From positions 32,001-96,000 of the forward strand of contig CAWCYI010000006.1 of assembly GCA_963799845.1 (NCBI GenBank): a DNA stretch of 64,000 bases. Reading direction: 5' to 3'. Made by a program: the position numbers and the translations under genes. A model generated the notes under the pieces. The model was not told the DNA's origin. It searched no databases and saw only the letters and a program-made list of their open reading frames with translations. Of the stretch, positions 9,768 through 20,420 are shown piece by piece. Source of the stretch: an uncultured Nitrososphaerota archaeon. GTDB taxonomy: Archaea > Thermoproteota > Nitrososphaeria > Nitrososphaerales > CADDZS01. Each line of letters begins with the position of its first letter. The stretch's first letter is position 1.

Positions 9768-11861
9768 TCAAACCTGGCCGAATATTACAAGCAGTATTAC
9801 TATCAGCGCGATTCCAATCCCGAATCCGAGAACGTACTCTTCCTCGATTCCAGTTTCTAGATCGCGGAAGGCGTCAGAAACGCTAGCGCCGATGTCAACC
9901 GCGCCGATGTTTATGGGCTCTATGATTTTCTGTTCAAAGTTTTTGAATAGCCACACGCTTCCGTTCATCACCGGGTAGACGAATACTTTGTAGTAAATCG
10001 CGTTGAGGTACCACCTGTGCTGGAAGAACGTGTAGAACGAATAGACAAAACCCTTCTCTCCGACTATCTTTACTGGACTGATGCTCCGTCTGAAGTAGGC
10101 AACGTATCCAACCGCAACTCCCAGAACCGAGACGCCCAACCCAATAAGGAGTGGAATGATGTCTGCGAGATAGTTCGCTGAATAGGGAGAAGATAATCCG
10201 AACTGTGAAAGGTAGTTTGAAAACAAGCTTCCGATCTCGCCCTGCAAGTAAAATGGAGCGAGGAGTCCAACTATGACCGTTGCTCCCGCCAGTATGATGT
10301 ATGGAACCATCATTGAATATGGAGCCTCGTGGATTCCATGCTCGGGGTGCTCGGTTTCAATTTTCTGAATGTTTGGGCTCTTTTCACCATAGAAGATCAA
10401 GCCGATAATTCGCATACTGTAAAACGCGGTCATTAGGGCGGTAACTAAACCCAAAATCCAGAGACCAATCCCCACCCCTCCCGCCTGCTCGGCCGCGCCA
10501 AGGACCGCTTCCTTACTCCAAAAGCCGCTTAGGGGGAAGATGCCTGCAAGCGATAGTGCTACGATAAACATTGAAACGAAGGTAATCCGGAGATTTTTCC
10601 TCAGCCCTCCCATGTCCTTCATGAATCTCGATTCTGTTACATGTATCAACCACCCAGCACACATGAAGAGCCCGGCCTTGAACATTGCCTGACTGATGAG
10701 ATGGAAAAACGCGCCCGTGAAGCCGAAAACAAAATTTGTCTGGGTCGAGATACCAGCTACACCCAGTCCGAGCATCATGTAGCCGATTTGCGAAACCGTC
10801 GAGTATGCGAGGACTTTTTTCAGCTCATCCAGAACCATTGCCTGGGACGCGGCAAGGAACGCGGTGAAACCTCCAATCACAGCAACCGTCAGGAAAAACG
10901 GGTAAACAAGGGACACGCTCGATGATGCCGCAAAATAGAGCGGACCAACTGTCCCAATCAGAAAAACTCCCGCGTTGACCATCGTCGCCGCATGTATTAA
11001 CGCAGAAACTGAGGTGGGGCCAGCCATCGCGTCGGGTAGCCATTCGTGAAGCGGGAATTGAGCGGATTTGCCGATGGCTCCTCCAAAAATCAAAATCGCG
11101 CTGGGGATGAATAACCCCGATGACTGCAAATCTGCTGCCCAGTTGCCGGGAGAGGAAAGCATGTTGTAGAGTTGCTCAAAGTTGAAAGTCCTTGCGTAAA
11201 CAAAGATGAGCAGAATCCCGATTAGAAAGGCGATATCTCCAGCTCTCGTCATGATGAACGCTTTAAACCCAGCCTGAGTCGGTGAGTACGCCTCGGGAAC
11301 CCCTAGTGTCTTTTCTCCAATAGTTCCCACCCAGTGTTCGAGTTGGTCCTTGCTCCAGAAGCCAATTAGGGCGTAGCTGCAGTAGCCCACGCCTTCCCAT
11401 CCAAGAAAGAGCTGCAGGAAGTTGTCCGACATTATGATGAGCAGCATGTTCCCGATGAAAAAGTTCATGAGAAAATAGTAGCGGGTTAGATTCTGCTCGC
11501 CTTTCATGTACCCGATGCTGTATACTATGATGAGAAAGCTGATCCATGAAATCGCGCTCGCAAGAATTGCTGTGAGTGGATCAACGAGAACTCCCGCCGA
11601 CAGTGAAAGTCCTGGAATCCATGTAGCATTATGTCCCCCGATTGTCGTAATGTCGAGAATCTTCCCGGTAAGAGTGTAAGGCGTGTAGTCGCCAAGAATC
11701 AGGAGAGAGGTAGAGAGCAGTGAAGTGATAAAGGCGATTGCGACCGCGACCCCGTTTCTGAACCTACCTCCGCCAGCCGCCGCGAGTACGCTCAGGCCTC
11801 CTCCGGCAATCGGCACTATCCAGATGAGGTTTGGAATTAGGTCGAAGTACCAGCTCGTCAT
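9768..11861 (-). CDS. nuoL: Complex I subunit L
   Basis: GWEGVG, GKSAQFPLHEWLPDAMAGPTSVSALIHAATMV. Confidence 0.96.
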   Translation of the reverse strand: MTSWYFDLIPNLIWIVPIAGGGLSVLAAAGGGRFRNGVAVAIAFITSLLSTSLLILGDYTPYTLTGKILDITTIGGHNATWIPGLSLSAGVLVDPLTAILASAISWISFLIIVYSIGYMKGEQNLTRYYFLMNFFIGNMLLIIMSDNFLQLFLGWEGVGYCSYALIGFWSKDQLEHWVGTIGEKTLGVPEAYSPTQAGFKAFIMTRAGDIAFLIGILLIFVYARTFNFEQLYNMLSSPGNWAADLQSSGLFIPSAILIFGGAIGKSAQFPLHEWLPDAMAGPTSVSALIHAATMVNAGVFLIGTVGPLYFAASSSVSLVYPFFLTVAVIGGFTAFLAASQAMVLDELKKVLAYSTVSQIGYMMLGLGVAGISTQTNFVFGFTGAFFHLISQAMFKAGLFMCAGWLIHVTESRFMKDMGGLRKNLRITFVSMFIVALSLAGIFPLSGFWSKEAVLGAAEQAGGVGIGLWILGLVTALMTAFYSMRIIGLIFYGEKSPNIQKIETEHPEHGIHEAPYSMMVPYIILAGATVIVGLLAPFYLQGEIGSLFSNYLSQFGLSSPYSANYLADIIPLLIGLGVSVLGVAVGYVAYFRRSISPVKIVGEKGFVYSFYTFFQHRWYLNAIYYKVFVYPVMNGSVWLFKNFEQKIIEPINIGAVDIGASVSDAFRDLETGIEEEYVLGFGIGIALIVILLVIFGQV

Positions 11862-11870
11862 TTTCTAAGA

Positions 11871-13454
11871 TTACCTCAGTGATAAGAGATGAGTTATGGT
11901 CGCGAAGAGCGGGTTGTCGACTATTCCTGGAACGACGCCCAGTAGTACTGTAATGGCAGCGAGGAAGATTATCGGACCCAGCATGTACGCCGATCCTTCC
12001 TTGACTGCTGAGAGATGTTCCGGCAGTTGCCCGAAGAACACGCGCTTCATCGTCCACAGCGCGTAGCCAGCCGTGATTATCGTTGAAATGACTGCAAGAA
12101 TTGAAAGCAGTAACCACAAATTGCCGACCATGCCGGCCTGACTGCCGAGCTGCAAGCCCCCTCCAAAGATCAGCCACTCGCTCTGGAAACCGTTGGTCTC
12201 GGGGAATCCCAAGAGGCCGAGAAACCCTATCGTCGCACAAACTGCTGTAATTGGAAGTTTCGAGGATAATCCTCCCATTCCCTTGATGCTCCTCAGTCCT
12301 CCAGCCTGGACGATAATCAATCCCGCGACCATGAAAAGAACCGACTTTGCTGTTCCATGGCTCACGAACTGGAATATCGAACCCGCGACGCCTAACTGGG
12401 TCGCTGTCGATAGGCCGAAGATAATGTACCCCATCTGGCTGATGCTCGAGTAAGCGAACAGTCTCTTGATATCGTCCTGGGCCAGCGCCATGATACCCCC
12501 GTAAAACATCGTGATGACGCCCCAGACCGCAAGCCCTAATCCGATTTCGACGTATGCGTTCGGTAGAAGAAGAGTAAACATTCGGATCAGTATGTATGCG
12601 CCGATTCCGATCATCGCCGGAGATAGCAGGGCACTGATTGGCGTCGGAGCTTCCGCGTGTGCGTACGGCAACCAGACGTGCAGACCAAACGCGGCGAGTT
12701 TAATGAACAGCCCGACGACGAGCCCGAAAAGAATCCATGGGATCAGTCCTGCGGCGATATTTACGACGGTCATAGCGTCAGGTCCCAAGAAGACAAAGTT
12801 GCCGGTCTGGCTTCCAATCGCGAGGAAAGCGAGCAACATCAAGAGCGCACCGATGTGAGTCCATAGCAGATACATGAGAGAGATACGCCCGCGAGAGCCG
12901 TATCCGAATTCCGCAATCAGGAAATATGACGGAACGAGCATGAATTCAAAAAAGAAGTAGAGCTCGATCAGATTCGTAGAAAGGACCGTTCCGACCATGC
13001 CCGCGGCGTAAAGCGAGTAGAGTCCAAAGTACAAGCCGAAGCGCTGGTTTGTCCTCGCAGTTTCTTTCGGTTCTGCATCGGGAGTTTCGGCATCGTGAGT
13101 GATGCCTTCCTGCTCAAAGATGCGGTGTTTCATGTACGGGACCGAATAGAGAGCGACCGCGGTCGAAATGATGTATATCGTGATGGAGAAAGGGATGCTT
13201 ACTCCATCAAGGTATAGTCCAAAATGGCCGAGGCTCGATAGTACACCTGATCCGTTCAGACTTTGAGGAAAGAAGCTATAGAACTCGTCCGTGGGGTTTG
13301 TCTGCGCCGAAAGAATTAGAGCGATAGTGGAATACAGCAGAATCGCAAAAACGAACCAGGCAGCCTTGCTCCCGAATTTTTTGCCGAGGTAATAGGCGAG
13401 CGGAGACGCAATAATTGGAATTAAAATCGCTTGTAGTAGTAGCGCATAAGCCAA
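11871..13454 (-). CDS. nuoM: Complex I subunit M
   Basis: FFEFMLVP, HVWLPYAHAEAPTPISALL, KRLFAYSSISQMG. Confidence 0.96.
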   Translation of the reverse strand: MAYALLLQAILIPIIASPLAYYLGKKFGSKAAWFVFAILLYSTIALILSAQTNPTDEFYSFFPQSLNGSGVLSSLGHFGLYLDGVSIPFSITIYIISTAVALYSVPYMKHRIFEQEGITHDAETPDAEPKETARTNQRFGLYFGLYSLYAAGMVGTVLSTNLIELYFFFEFMLVPSYFLIAEFGYGSRGRISLMYLLWTHIGALLMLLAFLAIGSQTGNFVFLGPDAMTVVNIAAGLIPWILFGLVVGLFIKLAAFGLHVWLPYAHAEAPTPISALLSPAMIGIGAYILIRMFTLLLPNAYVEIGLGLAVWGVITMFYGGIMALAQDDIKRLFAYSSISQMGYIIFGLSTATQLGVAGSIFQFVSHGTAKSVLFMVAGLIIVQAGGLRSIKGMGGLSSKLPITAVCATIGFLGLLGFPETNGFQSEWLIFGGGLQLGSQAGMVGNLWLLLSILAVISTIITAGYALWTMKRVFFGQLPEHLSAVKEGSAYMLGPIIFLAAITVLLGVVPGIVDNPLFATITHLLSLR

Positions 13455-13485
13455 AGCTAATCTGTTTCCTCTTTACAAAAAATCG

Positions 13486-13797
13486 TTAATGCTTGAGCTT
13501 TCTCAGCTTGAACACGTCAATTTCCTTGTTCAAGCGAAACGTCACCATGATAATACCGAGTCCTACCGCTGCCTCTGCAGCAGCAACTGCGATCGAAAAC
13601 AAAGCAAATGTCTGTCCCTCGAGATTTGCGGCTGGAGCTGCGTATCGAGAGAATGCAACCAGGTTCAGATTGGCGGAATTTATCACGATTTCAATAGCGA
13701 AAAAAAGACGCAGAGCGTTTCCTTTCGATACGAGGCCGTAGATCCCAATTCCGAACAAAATTATTGAGACGATTACGTAGTCAAGCAGTGGAATCAT
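13486..13797 (-). CDS. nuoK: Complex I subunit K
   Basis: IEIVINSANLN...AVAAAEAAVGLG. Confidence 0.95.
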   Translation of the reverse strand: MIPLLDYVIVSIILFGIGIYGLVSKGNALRLFFAIEIVINSANLNLVAFSRYAAPAANLEGQTFALFSIAVAAAEAAVGLGIIMVTFRLNKEIDVFKLRKLKH

Positions 13798-13803
13798 ATT
13801 CGG

Positions 13804-14307
13804 TTACTCCTTTTCCACCTTCGCAAGAGTCAACGCTCCCACGACAGATGCACCCAGAATGAGCGCCAGTATTTCGAGCGGGACGGCGTATTGATTCGTT
13901 ATCAGTGTACCGATCCCTGCCACGATGTAAGATTCGGTGAAACCCGTTGACGGATACCATGTCGAGAGATTTGAATACAAAGCCACCGCGCCCACGAGAA
14001 CCGCAATCACGATCGCGATAATGATAGCCATCGGCTTTACAACCTCCTTTTCTGGGTTTTCTTCAACGCCCCTCGTCACGAGCATGACTGTGAACAAAAT
14101 AAGGACAGCTATGGCTCCGATGTAGACGATTATCTGAAACAGTGCCACGAAAGTTGCATCCAGGACGATGAACAGTCCGGCTATTCCAAGGAATGAAAAC
14201 GCGAGGGCGATCACGCCGTAGACGACCTGCTTTGCCTCCAGCGAAATTATGGCGGAAACGATCGTTAGGGCAGAAATAACTACGAATGCAATATCCTCTT
14301 CAATCAT
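13804..14307 (-). CDS. nuoJ: Complex I subunit J
   Basis: FQIIVYIGAIAVLILFTVML motif and operon position. Confidence 0.95.
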   Translation of the reverse strand: MIEEDIAFVVISALTIVSAIISLEAKQVVYGVIALAFSFLGIAGLFIVLDATFVALFQIIVYIGAIAVLILFTVMLVTRGVEENPEKEVVKPMAIIIAIVIAVLVGAVALYSNLSTWYPSTGFTESYIVAGIGTLITNQYAVPLEILALILGASVVGALTLAKVEKE

Positions 14308-14806
14308 GAAATGCTTCCCCGTTCTCTATCTTGAATTCAACTTTTTGGCGTGTCACATTCGGAGGAATTGCTAGCCTCTCAGGTGAATATACCAAGGCTT
14401 TCTTCGTAGTGGACACGAGGTTAAAGTCCTCAGTCATGCCTAGTGCGTAAAACGGACAGGCATCGACACAGAGTCCGCAGAACACACATTTCGCATAATC
14501 AACTTGGGGGAAGATCGACTTTTTGTTGTTCGGCTGCGCTCGACCCACCTTGACCATCTCGATTGCCTGGGAGATGTTTTCGCACGCAATGGAGCAGAGC
14601 TGACAACCCGTGCATTTGTCCAGCCAGAGGATGTGCCTTCCCTTGTAGCCTGCTTTCGCAACCCCGAGCTTTGGATCGTATGTGTAGTACCCCTTCATTT
14701 GGGTCTGGACGTCGGGGTAGAGCATCGTCATTCTTTTCTTGGGGAGCTGCTTGACTCCGGCGATTAACGCCTTGAAGGTTCCCGAAACAATATTGGTCAT
14801 TTTCAA
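14300..14806 (-). CDS. nuoI: Complex I subunit I (2x[4Fe-4S])
   Basis: CTGCQLCSIAC and CVFCGLCVDACP. Confidence 0.95.
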   Translation of the reverse strand: MKMTNIVSGTFKALIAGVKQLPKKRMTMLYPDVQTQMKGYYTYDPKLGVAKAGYKGRHILWLDKCTGCQLCSIACENISQAIEMVKVGRAQPNNKKSIFPQVDYAKCVFCGLCVDACPFYALGMTEDFNLVSTTKKALVYSPERLAIPPNVTRQKVEFKIENGEAFHD

Positions 14807-14811
14807 CTACC

Positions 14812-16029
14812 CTAGAACAATCCGCTTGCCCTCAACAGAACGGCGATAAATATGTTCACAAAGGCCAGGCCGATCAACCAAAGCCAACCAAATCCGATGA
14901 GCTGGTCCATTCTAATACGAGGACTGAAACCGCGCGGAAGAATGAACACGGTCATAACAATCAGCGTCTTTATCACAAACCAGACCGCACCTGGCACTGG
15001 GCCAGGACCAGCCCAACCGCCCAGAAAGAGGAGAGTGAAAAGTGCTGAGAGCGCGTACAACTTTATGTAAATCGCGAGGTTGATGACTCCGAAGGTCATG
15101 CTCGTATATTCGGTCAGCCAGCCAGCAACCAGCTCGCTGTCAGCTTCCGGTAAATCAAAGGGAATTCTTTCGACCTCGGCCATCGCTGTGATGTAAAACA
15201 CAACCGCTCCGAGTAGCATCGGCACAAGAAACCAGATTTTGCCTTGTGAGCTAACAATAGACGCGAGGTCCAAAGAGCCGTGCGAAAGAATCACTACTCC
15301 CAGTACTGAGAGAATCAGCGGAATTTCATACGAGATCATCTGATAGAGGGCTCTAATTCCACCGATGAATGAGAACTTGTTCGCACTCGCCCAACCGGCG
15401 AGCACGGTAACAACAGGGAAGAAGTTGATGATCGCGATTGCAATCAACAATGAATACGGGGAGGAAGCGATGAAATTGGTCGAAGAAATTGGAATTACGG
15501 CAAGCAAAGCCCCCGACAGCGCCATCATGGAGAACGGCACTGCAAGGAAAAATGGGGCATCGGCTTTTGCTGGGATCACAATTTCCTTGAATAGCAACTT
15601 GAAAAGATCGGCGAACGATTGGAGAACTCCCTCAATTCTTCCGGCGTAGAGAGGACCAATCCTGTACTGCATTTTCGCGAGCAATTTTCTCTCGTACCAG
15701 ATTACCATCGAGGAGAGCAAAGCCGCGAATGTAAGCCCTGGAAATGTGCTGATTTTGAAAAGTACAGAATTAGCACCCAGACCGAGCTGGCTGATGTACG
15801 AATTGGGATCAAGAGGGTTCATCTTAGTTGGGTCAAACATGTACAGCGCAAGGGACCAATTGATGTGCTGACTGCAGGTCAGCATTGCAAAATTGCAACT
15901 AATCTCGACCGGGAGGACGTAAAAGATGTAGAAGACCGGCAAGATAATCATCGGCAGAATGATTAGAAGCCAGAAGACGATGGTCAGAACTCTTTTGACA
16001 AAGTCCTCGAAATTTGTGATAGCCGCCAA
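14812..16029 (-). CDS. nuoH: Complex I subunit H with N-terminal extension
   Basis: ERKLLAKMQYRIGP, RIPFDLPEADSELVAGW. Confidence 0.96.
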   Translation of the reverse strand: MAAITNFEDFVKRVLTIVFWLLIILPMIILPVFYIFYVLPVEISCNFAMLTCSQHINWSLALYMFDPTKMNPLDPNSYISQLGLGANSVLFKISTFPGLTFAALLSSMVIWYERKLLAKMQYRIGPLYAGRIEGVLQSFADLFKLLFKEIVIPAKADAPFFLAVPFSMMALSGALLAVIPISSTNFIASSPYSLLIAIAIINFFPVVTVLAGWASANKFSFIGGIRALYQMISYEIPLILSVLGVVILSHGSLDLASIVSSQGKIWFLVPMLLGAVVFYITAMAEVERIPFDLPEADSELVAGWLTEYTSMTFGVINLAIYIKLYALSALFTLLFLGGWAGPGPVPGAVWFVIKTLIVMTVFILPRGFSPRIRMDQLIGFGWLWLIGLAFVNIFIAVLLRASGLF

Positions 16030-16038
16030 CTTCTATCT

Positions 16039-17169
16039 CTACCTGTCCGCTTCAACCGGCCAGTAATCCAAGCTCCAGTAAATCGCGGGCATATCCGCGA
16101 CGTGCGAACCAATCAATAATCTCGGGAGTGCTATGAGATTTCTAAAGGATGGAACGCTAATTTTCACCCTGTAGGGCTTCGTCGACCCATCGGATATGAT
16201 GTGAAACGACATCGCTCCCCTCGCCCCCTCGACTCGGGAGTAGGCTTCGCCGACGACTGTTCGCTGCTGCGGAGAGAGTTTCGCCCTAACTGGGCCCTGC
16301 GGCATTTTGTCCAGGCACTGCCGGATGATACGCATGCTCTGGCGCATTTCGACCAGATGAACCATGCAACGAGCCCACGTGTCGCACGTGTCATAAGTAG
16401 GAACTTCAAAATCGACATCCTTGTAGTAATTGTATGGTTCATCTATTCTGACATCTGACTTTACGCCTGATGCTCGAAGGACCTGTCCCACGACTCCGAG
16501 ACTGATTGCCTCGCTCCTCGGCAGAACTCCGACGCCCTGCGTCCTTTTCAGAAAGAGCGGATTCTGGAAGAAGATCCTCTCGTAATCGATGAGGCGCTTT
16601 TCAAAATAATCGAAGACTTTGATCGCTCGGTCTTTGAAATCATCGGGCATGTCGTTTCGAACTCCTCCGGGGATGGCGTATGAGTAAGTGATTCTTGCTC
16701 CCCCGATCATCTGGCCAAGGTCTATGAAGATGTCCCTGTCGCCCATAGGCCACATGAATGAGGTTGAATGCCCTAAGAAAATTCCCTGAATAGCCATCCA
16801 GTACAGATGGCTGATTATCCTCTGGTTCTCCCCCATTATCATCCGGAGATATTTTGCCCTCGGAGGAATTTCGATGCCCATCAGTTCTTCAGCCGCCATC
16901 GAAAAGGGCATTATGATATTCGTGACATCGGTCAGCGACGAGCGCTCTAGCATCGGAATGCTCTGGAGATAAGACCTGTACTCGGTTTGTTTTTCCGCTC
17001 CCCTGTGGACGTATCCGGGATCCGGGACTGCGTCCACGATCTCGTCTCCCTCGACGGTAATTGTAAATCGGAAGTGACCCGCTCCAGGATGCTGGGGGCC
17101 GATACTCACGGTCAGCTTATCATCATCGATAGCCTGGGTCAGCATTCCGGAACCCACGGGAATCGACAC
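16039..17169 (-). CDS. nuoD: Complex I subunit D
   Basis: IGPQHPGAGH, GYVHRGAEK, C-terminal EADR. No Ni-binding CxxC motifs, so not a hydrogenase large subunit. Confidence 0.96.
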   Translation of the reverse strand: MSIPVGSGMLTQAIDDDKLTVSIGPQHPGAGHFRFTITVEGDEIVDAVPDPGYVHRGAEKQTEYRSYLQSIPMLERSSLTDVTNIIMPFSMAAEELMGIEIPPRAKYLRMIMGENQRIISHLYWMAIQGIFLGHSTSFMWPMGDRDIFIDLGQMIGGARITYSYAIPGGVRNDMPDDFKDRAIKVFDYFEKRLIDYERIFFQNPLFLKRTQGVGVLPRSEAISLGVVGQVLRASGVKSDVRIDEPYNYYKDVDFEVPTYDTCDTWARCMVHLVEMRQSMRIIRQCLDKMPQGPVRAKLSPQQRTVVGEAYSRVEGARGAMSFHIISDGSTKPYRVKISVPSFRNLIALPRLLIGSHVADMPAIYWSLDYWPVEADR

Positions 17170-17174
17170 CGGAA

Positions 17175-17681
17175 CTACTCGCTCTCCAGTCGTCCGGGCA
17201 ATCTGTAGGCTTTCAGCATCGGGGGGATGTCATTCCAGTCCTCCGGGAGGAGCAATCGCGTCAAGTTTGGATGCCCCTTGAAGACGCAGCCGAGCATCTC
17301 GGTCGTCTCCCTCTCGTGATAATTTACGCTCGGAAAAATCTCGATCAGCGATGGTAGTTCTGGAGCCGATGTGGAGACGCGACATGCTACGGCGAGAATT
17401 ACTCTTCGGAGGCCGGCGCCGTCGATTGAATTGAAGTGGTATGTGATTTCAAGTTGTTTATCCTTCGGAAAATCCGTCCCGGTAACATTCGCGCATTGGT
17501 CGAAATGAAGTTCATCCCTCACAAATTTGCCGACTTCGACCAGATTATCAGCGGAAACGGAAATCTTGATCCTGTTTGGTTTCGAAAAGGCGACCTTAGC
17601 CTTGTCCCCGAGCTTCGTCAAAGAATCTAGGATTACTTTTTCCTCAGCAGGCAGCTCAACTTTGACGGGCGCAGCAGACAT
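17175..17681 (-). CDS. nuoC: Complex I subunit C
   Basis: YHERETTEMLG..FKGHP..TRLLLPEDW..PPM. Confidence 0.95.
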   Translation of the reverse strand: MSAAPVKVELPAEEKVILDSLTKLGDKAKVAFSKPNRIKISVSADNLVEVGKFVRDELHFDQCANVTGTDFPKDKQLEITYHFNSIDGAGLRRVILAVACRVSTSAPELPSLIEIFPSVNYHERETTEMLGCVFKGHPNLTRLLLPEDWNDIPPMLKAYRLPGRLESE

Positions 17682-17695
17682 GGCTTACTGGATTC

Positions 17696-18241
17696 CTATC
17701 GAATACTCTGCTTTCTTATCTTGTCCTGCAACAGAACAAACGCGTCGATGAGTTCTTCGGGTCTGGGAGGGCATCCCGGCACGTACACGTCAACCGGGAC
17801 AACCTGATCTACGCCCGGAAGAACGTTGTACGAATCAAAATAAACCCCACCAGTTATCGAGCAAGCGCCCATCGCGATGCAGTACTTTGGTTCCGGCATC
17901 TGGTCGTAAATCCAGCGCAGCCGCGGGGCCATCTTGCGCGTTACGGTTCCGTGCACAACCACGAGATCGCACTGTCTCAGTGACCCGAAGGCTTCCAAAA
18001 TTCCATATCTTTCAGCGTCGAAACGAGGACCAGAAACGGCGCCAAATTCAATGCTGCAACAGGCTGTTTCGAGATGAACGGGCCACAGCGAATAAACTCG
18101 GCCCCAGTTTGCAAGGTAGGTGACCGGATCCGTTAGCGCCTGCTGAATTATCTCCTTAGCCTTTCCGACAAGTACGCTCAGTCCAGGGCCATCTCTCGCA
18201 GCTGCAGGCCCCTTCTTGACCTCGACCTGTTCTGCTACCAA
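17696..18241 (-). CDS. nuoB: Complex I subunit B
   Basis: TACCSIE, GACSITGG, YVPGCPPRPE. Start set at the TTG overlapping the end of nuoA. Confidence 0.95.
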   Translation of the reverse strand: MVAEQVEVKKGPAAARDGPGLSVLVGKAKEIIQQALTDPVTYLANWGRVYSLWPVHLETACCSIEFGAVSGPRFDAERYGILEAFGSLRQCDLVVVHGTVTRKMAPRLRWIYDQMPEPKYCIAMGACSITGGVYFDSYNVLPGVDQVVPVDVYVPGCPPRPEELIDAFVLLQDKIRKQSIR

Positions 18242-18597
18242 AGATCTTTCATCCTCGCTAGAAACAGCCCAAATCCAAGCGGTATAAAGATCACGCCGAG
18301 GAACAGCCCGATAACGAGCGCGGTATCGGTCGATATGAAAGTAATCGTCGTTGTCGCCCACGCAAAAAGGAAAATTGAAACAACGTCCATGACGACGAAA
18401 ATTAGCAAATATGGATAATACTGCATCATCAAGTGAGCTCTCGCATCACCCTTTGGAACCTGGCCAGCTTCGAACGTCGCGCGTTTCATTGGCGTTGGAT
18501 TTCGAGGCGCGAATAGGTACGGGACTAGGATAACCGGTAAAGCAAATACAAGCCCAAATCCTGCAGTTAGCAAGATTAGCGTAAAGGCGCCAGCCAT
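18235..18597 (-). CDS. nuoA: Complex I subunit A
   Basis: TFEAGQVP, QYYPYLLIFVVMDV; three TM segments. Confidence 0.93.
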   Translation of the reverse strand: MAGAFTLILLTAGFGLVFALPVILVPYLFAPRNPTPMKRATFEAGQVPKGDARAHLMMQYYPYLLIFVVMDVVSIFLFAWATTTITFISTDTALVIGLFLGVIFIPLGFGLFLARMKDLW

Positions 18598-18725
18598 CTT
18601 GCTTTCGAAGGGTTCAGCTTTTGTGAAGTTTATTTAAACGTTGATTGAGTCGCTAGAAAATTTTTCTGAAAAATTCTTCAGAAGAAAAAAGTTCCTAGAA
18701 AAAAGAAAATGAAAGGAAAGAGAGA

Positions 18726-19136
18726 CTAAGCTCTTCTTCCTCTTCTACCGCCGGCACGTCGCGTGGTATCATGTGGAATGGGCGTGACATCTTCGATCCT
18801 TCCCACTTTGAACCCGCTGCGCGCGATTGCCCTGATCGCTGCCTGAGCTCCAGGTCCCGGAGTCCTGGGACCAGTTCCACCAACCGCCCTTACTTTGATA
18901 TGGACGGATGTAATGCCTTTTGTCCTTGCAACTTCCGCAGCCGCTGATGCGCTCTTCATTGCTGCATATGGAGACGATTCGAAACGATCTGCCTTCACAT
19001 GACGCCCCCCGGAGCTGAACGAAATCGTCTCCGCGCCAGTAAGGTCGGTCATGTGAACGATCGTGTTATTGTAGCTGCTGTAAATGTGGACTACCGCCCA
19101 CCTTTCTTGTGCTTGCTGTGGCTGTGCTGATTCCAT
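18726..19136 (-). CDS. rps11: 30S ribosomal protein uS11
   Basis: [12 protein letters not shown]...[11 protein letters not shown]...DVTPIPHD. Confidence 0.98.
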   Translation of the reverse strand: MESAQPQQAQERWAVVHIYSSYNNTIVHMTDLTGAETISFSSGGRHVKADRFESSPYAAMKSASAAAEVARTKGITSVHIKVRAVGGTGPRTPGPGAQAAIRAIARSGFKVGRIEDVTPIPHDTTRRAGGRRGRRA

Positions 19137-19152
19137 CTCTAATTACACCAAA

Positions 19153-19725
19153 TTACTGCGCTGCTTCCGTTGGCGGAGCTTCTTCAGTTCTCATTTCAGC
19201 TGCTTCCTGAGCGCCCGCCGCAGCCGCTTGTGCCATTCTTGAGAATGTCGAGCCAGGACTGTAGCTCATTGAGCCTTCCTCCGTTGGAGAAACGAGGTAA
19301 GAAGGAATAGTCATCTTTCGCTGATTTAGGGCAATGTGCCCGTGAGAAATTAGTTGCCTCGCCTGGTAAGGAGATTTTGCGAGGCCCCTCTTCCAAACTA
19401 GCGTCTGCAATCTCCTCTCCAGAACGTTCTCTACGGTTAAAGATAGAACATCGTCAAGAGTATCTTGACCGGACTGTATCAATCCAAGTCGTCCCAAGTG
19501 GGTTAGAAGTTTCGGTTCTTCTCTGCCGCGGACATCCGACGATGCCGCCAAAAGATGGCGCGCCTGCTTTCTGTAATTCGAAAGCTTTGTCTGGGCGCGC
19601 CAGAGTTCTTTCTTGTTTCGCAGCCCATAAGTTCCGAGCAAAAACAGTTCCTGCGAAAGCTGGTCGCTGCGCCACGGATTTCTAGGCGATGAGTACTGTC
19701 TTCTCGACTTTTTTGGATCTCCCAT
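19153..19725 (-). CDS. rps4: 30S ribosomal protein uS4
   Basis: MGDPKK, YGLRNKKELW, LERRLQT, ARQLISHGHI. Confidence 0.98.
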   Translation of the reverse strand: MGDPKKSRRQYSSPRNPWRSDQLSQELFLLGTYGLRNKKELWRAQTKLSNYRKQARHLLAASSDVRGREEPKLLTHLGRLGLIQSGQDTLDDVLSLTVENVLERRLQTLVWKRGLAKSPYQARQLISHGHIALNQRKMTIPSYLVSPTEEGSMSYSPGSTFSRMAQAAAAGAQEAAEMRTEEAPPTEAAQ

Positions 19726-19726
19726 C

Positions 19727-20224
19727 TCACTTCTTCTCCGCGTTCGCGGCTGCCTGTTGGGCCGCTTGAGCTGCCTGCAGCGAGGACTTCTTTACACCGA
19801 CGGTTCTTCCCTTCCGACCAGTCGTCCTGGTCCTCTGACCGCGGACCTTCAGTCCCAGACTGTGCCTTATTCCCCTCCAGGAGAACATGTTTTTCTCTCT
19901 GTCGAGATCGCCCTTTATCATGAAGTCAAGATCGCTCCCGATCCTGTGAAGATTAGAACCCGAGTCGATATCCTTTCTTCTGTCTAGCAACCAGGCGGGA
20001 AGGTTCAGAGAGTTCGGATCCTTTAGGGCAGCCTCGATTTGTTGAAGCTGTCTGTCGCTGAGCATACCCAGCCTCGTCCGTGAATCCAACTTCAGGGACA
20101 TTACCATTGCATTAGCATAACTGTCACCCACACCCTTTATTTCGGCAATCGCCGGGATTAGCTTCTTGGTTCCATCCAAGTCACGGCCAGCAATCCTGAC
20201 GATGTATTTGAATTCCTGCGACAT
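19727..20224 (-). CDS. rps13: 30S ribosomal protein uS13
   Basis: IVRIAGRDLDG...WRGIRHSLGLKVRGQRTRTTGR. Confidence 0.98.
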   Translation of the reverse strand: MSQEFKYIVRIAGRDLDGTKKLIPAIAEIKGVGDSYANAMVMSLKLDSRTRLGMLSDRQLQQIEAALKDPNSLNLPAWLLDRRKDIDSGSNLHRIGSDLDFMIKGDLDREKNMFSWRGIRHSLGLKVRGQRTRTTGRKGRTVGVKKSSLQAAQAAQQAAANAEKK

Positions 20225-20420
20225 TAGTAAGGAAGAAGCTTGCGTTTAATCGTGCATAAAAACCTTAATTTTAATATCCGGTACTGCGTCATGCTTTCTC
20301 ACGATAATTGCTCTTCCAATCGTAGAAATCGGAATTCTTTACTAATTTCCGTCAAATGTTTTGAGAAATTATATATAATTGGCAGAGATTCGTGGACAAA
20401 CTAATCGGATCTTTCTTCGC

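Noticed and set aside
8296-18597. Complex I lacking nuoEFG, or a group 4 hydrogenase
   Set aside because: The 11-subunit A-B-C-D-H-I-J-K-M-L-N form is standard in this phylum, and NuoD lacks nickel ligands.
18726-20224. rpoD missing after S13-S4-S11
   Set aside because: Rearrangement of this operon is common in archaea, and the gene may lie outside the window.
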